Assembly: GCA_047602405.1 (NCBI GenBank)
Contig: JASGHJ010000002.1
Coordinates: 3,328,001-3,392,000, forward strand
Direction: 5' to 3'
Origin: Anaeromyxobacteraceae bacterium
Lineage (GTDB): Bacteria; Myxococcota; Myxococcia; Myxococcales; Anaeromyxobacteraceae
DNA length: 64,000 nucleotides
Within the stretch, counting starts at the first letter, position 1; every line of letters starts with the position of its first letter. The notes under the pieces were generated by a model, which saw only the letters and a program-made list of their open reading frames with translations, was not told the origin of the DNA and did not search any database. Shown here piece after piece: positions 59,001 to 64,000 of this stretch. Position numbers and translations under genes: made by a program.

Positions 59001-62000
59001 TCAGGGCACCGGCGCGAACGCGCGGCAGGTGCCGAGGTGGTCGAGCAACAGCCGCACCCTCCCCGCCGCCACCGTGAACCGCGCCCCGGTGCCGGTCGAG
59101 AGGTCCCCATCGGCGTCGCGCGGGAGCTCGACCCACGTCTCCGCGGGCAGCCAGCGCGTGCGGCCGTCGGCGGTGCGGGCGAGGCCGCCTGCGCCGTCGC
59201 CGGCCCACCCGGTGGTCTCGCGGCAGACGACGCGCGCCTGCGTCGCGGTCCAGTCCGTGCCGGCGGTCGTGCCGTAGAGCGGGAGCTCCACGCCGACGAG
59301 CGTGCCGGCGCCCCACGACGCGAGCTGCGAGCGCGCGGTCACGACGCGTCCGGCGGCGCCGTCGGAGGCGTCGGAGAGCCAGTCGCCCTCGATCCGCCAG
59401 GGCTTCGTCACGGCCTTCCACCCGGCCGCGAGCGGCATCACCGCGGCCGCGAGCATGCGGTCGACGAAGCCGTCGCGGCTGGCGCGGGCGGACCCGAGCA
59501 GGCCCGAGCGATCGGCGTCGGGCCTGAGGACGAGGTCGAGCGCGCGCGGCCTGCCGAAGCGATCGGTGGCCGCCGGACCGGCGGCGCCCGGGCGCACGGT
59601 CGAGAGCGCCTGCGACGACGTCCAGGCGGGCACGCCGAGCCAGCGGGCGCCCGGGAAGCCCAGCACGGTGTTCGTGACGGTGTTCCCGCTCGTCCCGTAG
59701 AGCTCGGGGATCCCGTCGCGGTCCGCGTCGCCCGCGCCCCACGCGTCGCCGCTGACCGTCATGCCGGTCGCGATCGGTGGGCCGAAGTCGCCGCTCGGCT
59801 TGCCGGACGTCTCGAGCCCCATCTGCACCCAGACCGGGAACGGCCCCACCGTCGCGCCGAAGCCGACGAGGTCGAGCGTGCCGTCGGCGTTCACGTCGAC
59901 GAGCCGGATGTGGTTGAGGCCGCTCGCGGAGGTCGAGGTCTTCTCGAGGGCGAGCGGGCACGCGCCGGTGAAGCCGTGGACGTACACGGCCGCGGCGGTC
60001 GTCACGACGAGCTCGTTGCGGCCGTCGCCGTCGACGTCGCCCACCGCGGCGTCGAGCACGGCGCCGGGCTCGGTGAGCGTGCAGGGCGCGGCGAAGCGCG
60101 TCCCGCCGCCCGGGGTCGCGATCCAGGCGGCCACGTTCGTGCCGCCCGTCGCGACGAGGTCCTCCACGCCGTCGCCGTCGAGGTCGCCGAGGGCCACCCG
60201 GTCGACCGAGAAGCCGGGGTTCAGCTGGAAGGTCACCCAGGACGTCACCGGCCCCCGCGCCGCGGCGCCGCGGGCGAGCGCGATCCAGAGCGCGCCGCTC
60301 TCGTGGTAGAGCGCGTCCTCGCGCCCGTCGTCGTCGAGGTCGGCGCCGTCCACGAACCCGAACTTCTGCGTCCCGCCGCCGGCGTTCACGAACACACCGC
60401 GCGCGAAGTGGAACGGGTCGGCGGGGCCGTTCGCGGCCGTCACGAAGAAGCTCCCCGGCTCGCCGCTGAGCAGGACGTCGAGCGCGCCGTCCCCGGTCAC
60501 GTCCGCGAAGCCCACGTAGTCGGACGCGGCCTGATCGGCGATCCCGTCCGGGAAGAGCAGCGTGGGGTTCGCCGCGGCCTCGAGCCCGAGGGCGCCCTGG
60601 CCTCCGCGCGAGGTGCCGAGGAACGGCGCGACCGTGCGGAGGCTCGCGCGCGTCGCGTCCGCGACGAGCACGTCGGCGAGCCCGTCGCCGTCCACGTCGC
60701 CGGCGAGGAGGCCGCGCGTGCCCGGCGCCGCGGGGGCGCTCCCGTACGCGGCGAAGCTGCCCGCGGGGATCGCCGCCGCGCTCGAGTCCGCGAACACCCG
60801 CGCGGCCGTCGCGGTCGTCACCACCGTCGCGGGCTGGACGCCCTTCGCGCCGAGCCGCACCACGCGCTGATCCACGCCCGCGCCGGCGAGCGGCTGCGCC
60901 GCGAGCCGGAGGAGCTGCGCGTCCACGTCGTACGCCCACGCCGTCGTCGCGCCGGCGGCGGCGACCACGAGCCGGCCGTCGTCGAGCGCCGGCCCGGGCG
61001 CGTCCCAGTGGATGGCGAGCGCCGTGCCGGGGGTCTCGGCCTGCGCGAGCGCGTGCCAGCCGCCCGTGCGCGAGAGGACCCGCGCGCGCAGCGTGCCCAC
61101 GAAGTAGATGTCGGCCGCGAGCAGCTCGTCCACCCCGTCGCCGTCCACGTCTCCCGCGGCGAGCGCCGCGTCGACGGGCGAGGTCGAGTCGACGAACGTC
61201 GCGAGCCCCGTCGCGACGTCCTCGGCGGTCGCGGAGACCAGCCCGGCCTTCCCGCCCTTCACGCCGCGGCGCACCTGGATCGCGATGGGCACGCGCTTCG
61301 AGCCGGTGGGATCGCCGCTGCCCGAGCCGCCCAGGAAAGCGTAGGCGAGGTCCCCCGCCCCGTCGCCGTCGAAGTCGCCGATGGCGATCGCCCAGGGCAT
61401 GCCGACCGCGAGGTCGAGGTCCTGGGTGAACGTGCCGTCGCCGCTGGCGTGGAAGAGCCGGAGGCCGGTCGGGGTGCTGACCGCGAGGTCGTCCTTCCCG
61501 TCGCCGTCGAGGTCGCCCGCGGCGATCTTGGCGGCCACCGTGTTCAGGGAGCCGCTCGTCAGCACCTGCGGGGAGAGCGTGAGGCCGCCGGCCCCGCCGA
61601 GCGCGAAGCGCGCATCGTCCACCTCGGTCCGGATGGCGAGGTCGTCGAAGCCGTCGCCGTTGAAGTCGCCCACCGCGGCGCGCATGCGCCCGCTGACGCC
61701 GGCGAGGTCCGCGGCGGCGCCGAGCCCCCCCGCGGCGGTGCCCGGCCAGAACCGGATGCCTCCCAGGGACGTGCCCACCGACACGAGGTCCACGAGCTTG
61801 TCGCCGTTGAAGTCGCCCGCGAACAGGAGCGGCGAGGTCCCCGCCACCGTCAGCGTCTGCGCCTCCCGGTGGGTCGCGTCGAAGGCGCGCACGGAGTCGA
61901 TGCCGACCGCGAACGGCACGCCCACGACCACCCAGCCGCTCGCGGCGGTGTCGTCGGCGGCCCGCACGCGCACCTCCACGTCGTCCGCCCGGTCGGGCAG

Positions 62001-63276
62001 GTCGGCGCCCACGTCCCAGGCGAAGACGTGGAGCGTGGCCGTCGTCGCGTCGGCGTCGGTCGCGAGCCCGTGCCGGCCGGAGTGCTGCGGCGACGGATAG
62101 GCCGTCGCGGCGCGCCAGGTGGCCGCCCCGGCGCGGCGCCACTCCACCTCCACGTCGACCGGATCCCGCTGGCGATCGACGACCTGGTACTCCACGAACG
62201 CGAGCCCGGACGCCGCGCCGTTCTCGCCGCCGTACAGGGTCACGCTGCCCACGACGGGCGGGGACTGGTTCACGACGTCGACGGTCGCCTGCGCCCACGG
62301 GCCGTACACCGGCGCGCCCGGGAGCGCGTGGTCGACCGCGCGCGCGCGCACGAGGACGCCCGCCGCGTTGGTGAGCCCGACGCCGCCCGGCGTCGCCGCG
62401 GTGCCGAGCGCCGCGTCGGTGTGCCAGACCACGAGGCTCGGCTGCGCCGCGTCGAGCGTCGCCGCCGAGACGAGGTCGGTCACCGCGCCCTGCAGCGCCG
62501 GCAGGCGCCAGGCGTCGGCCGGATCGGAGGCGAGCCGGAACTGGACCTCCACGTCCACGAGGTCGGCCGCGGCGTCCACCGCGCGGAGCGTCACCGGCAC
62601 GGCGAGCGAGACCGTGGGCCCGGCGATCTCGAGGGCGGCCACCGGGGCCTGGTCCCCGACCGCGAACGGCTCGCCGAGCGCGGGAGCGCTCGACTGGGCG
62701 GGCGTGCCGTCGTCGGTGGCGACGACGCGCAGGCGGACGCCGGCCGTGTACGCCACGATCGTGGCGGGCGTGCCGTCGCCGGTGCGGTCGAGCTGGACCA
62801 CCGCCAGGCTGCACGCGGCGGACTGCGTGCCGCCCGCGGTGGAGTCGGCGAGCAGGTCCCAGGTGAGCGTGTGGGGGGCGCCCGCGGCGGTCGCCGCGAG
62901 CCCCTTCGGCTCCGCGGTGAGCGTCGCCGGGCAGAACGTCACGCCGTCGAGCGTGTAGGAGACCGCGAGGTCGACGTGGCTCTGGCCGGCGGGCGCGCCG
63001 TCCGCGTCGGAGACCACCACCTCGAAGTCGAGCGCGGTCGCCGCGCGCGTCGCCGTCGCCACCGCGCGCACCGTGGTCACCGGCACGGAGTTCGTGTCGC
63101 CGCCCTGGCAGCGGTTGCGGTTCGTGTTGCAGCGCCAGCCGGAGGGGCAGTCGGCGTCGCTCGCGCAGGCGAGCTGCGCGCCTTCGGGCAGATCGAGCCC
63201 CACGCTGCCAGCCGGCGGTCGCGACCACCAGGGCCAGGCCGAGGACGGGGAGCGGGTTCGCCGGTCGCTTCGCCAT
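59001..63276 (-). CDS. Large FG-GAP/VCBS-repeat lipoprotein (+1 frameshift at about 63208)
   Basis: Many GDxDGDGxxDL repeats; ATG 63276 after GGAGG; removing one base gives ...VVATAGC lipobox followed by a Cys-rich CASDADCPSGWRC module. Confidence 0.85.
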
Positions 63277-63443
63277 GCGGTGCACCTCCGGGGTCACCGC
63301 CAGACTAGCCCAGGGTCCGGGGATCCCACCGTGCGCGGCGTCACGGAGCAGCGGCCCGACGCCCCTGGCGGGCGTCGCCGGGTCCCGCGATCTCGGGACC
63401 GGTCCGCCCCCGGGCCCGGCCGCGGGCGTGGTAAGCACGGGCC

Positions 63444-64000
63444 ATGTCCCGCCGCGACGAGCTCGTCGTCTTCCTCGGCCCGTCCCTCCCCGCCCCGGTC
63501 GCGGAGCGCCTCGCCCCGTGCACCGTGCTGCCGCCCGCGCGGGCGGGCGACGTGGTCGCCGCGCTCGCGGCCCGGCCGCTCGCCATCGCGCTCGTCGACG
63601 GCTACTTCGAGACGGTGCCCTCGGTCTGGCACCACGAGCTCCTCGAGGCGCTCGAGGCCGGCGTCGCGGTGTTCGGCGGCGCGAGCCTCGGGGCGCTGCG
63701 CGCGGCGGAGCTCGAGCGCCACGGCATGGTGGGCGTCGGGCGCATCTTCCGCTGGGTGAAGTCGGGCGTGGTGGAGGACGACGCCGAGGTGGCGCTCCTC
63801 CACGCCCCGGCCGAGTGGGGCTTCCGGCCGATGACCCTGCCGCTCGTGAACGTGCGCGCGGCCGCCGAGGACGCGCGGACCGCGGGGGCGCTGAAGCCAG
63901 CCGAGGGGCGCGCGCTCGTGGCGGCCGCCGAGGGCATCCACTTCACCGAGCGCACCTGGCCCGGCGTGATCGAGCGGGCGGGGCTGCGCGAGGCCGCGCG
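63444..64000 (+). CDS. tfuA: TfuA-like protein, partial; runs off the window end
   Basis: Own translation: VVFLGPSL...PPARAGD...LVDGYFETVPSVWHHE...GGASLGALRAAEL...DDAEVALLH. Confidence 0.92.
   Translation, partial: MSRRDELVVFLGPSLPAPVAERLAPCTVLPPARAGDVVAALAARPLAIALVDGYFETVPSVWHHELLEALEAGVAVFGGASLGALRAAELERHGMVGVGRIFRWVKSGVVEDDAEVALLHAPAEWGFRPMTLPLVNVRAAAEDARTAGALKPAEGRALVAAAEGIHFTERTWPGVIERAGLREAA

Noticed and set aside
11857..63276. Pseudogene or programmed-frameshift calls for ligD, ku, M36, APC, TPM and FG-GAP genes
   Set aside because: All are single +1 insertions clustered at GATC, with no stops, decay or slippery heptamers; sequencing error is more likely

Overview
Very GC-rich bacterial DNA. 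MYXO-CTERM-like sorting, a spore-coat-U chaperone-usher pilus and TfuA/YcaO point to an Anaeromyxobacter-like Myxococcota genome (inference). About 45 CDS are supported, including an NHEJ locus (ligD and ku, divergent, split by a complete IS630 element), a TIGR04290-type glycosyltransferase/methyltransferase cluster, an M36 peptidase, amtB with a sigma-54 promoter, lemA/TPM, glgP, ycaO and tfuA 10 kb apart, and an ECF sigma factor fused to a large extracytoplasmic region. I found no rRNA, tRNA or CRISPR array. Best leads: (1) two inverted 248-nt intergenic units whose stems co-vary, i.e. an unnamed structured RNA/ssDNA element; (2) a dockerin-tailed beta-propeller protein coupled to a 7-Ig-repeat lipoprotein with a cohesin-like tip; (3) an ends-only miniature copy of an HNH nuclease gene; (4) a REP-like hairpin lying in frame inside ligD; (5) nine +1 frameshifts, seven at or beside GATC, which are probably long-read errors revealing GATC methylation rather than pseudogenes. 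All family calls come from motif recognition by eye; no searches were run.
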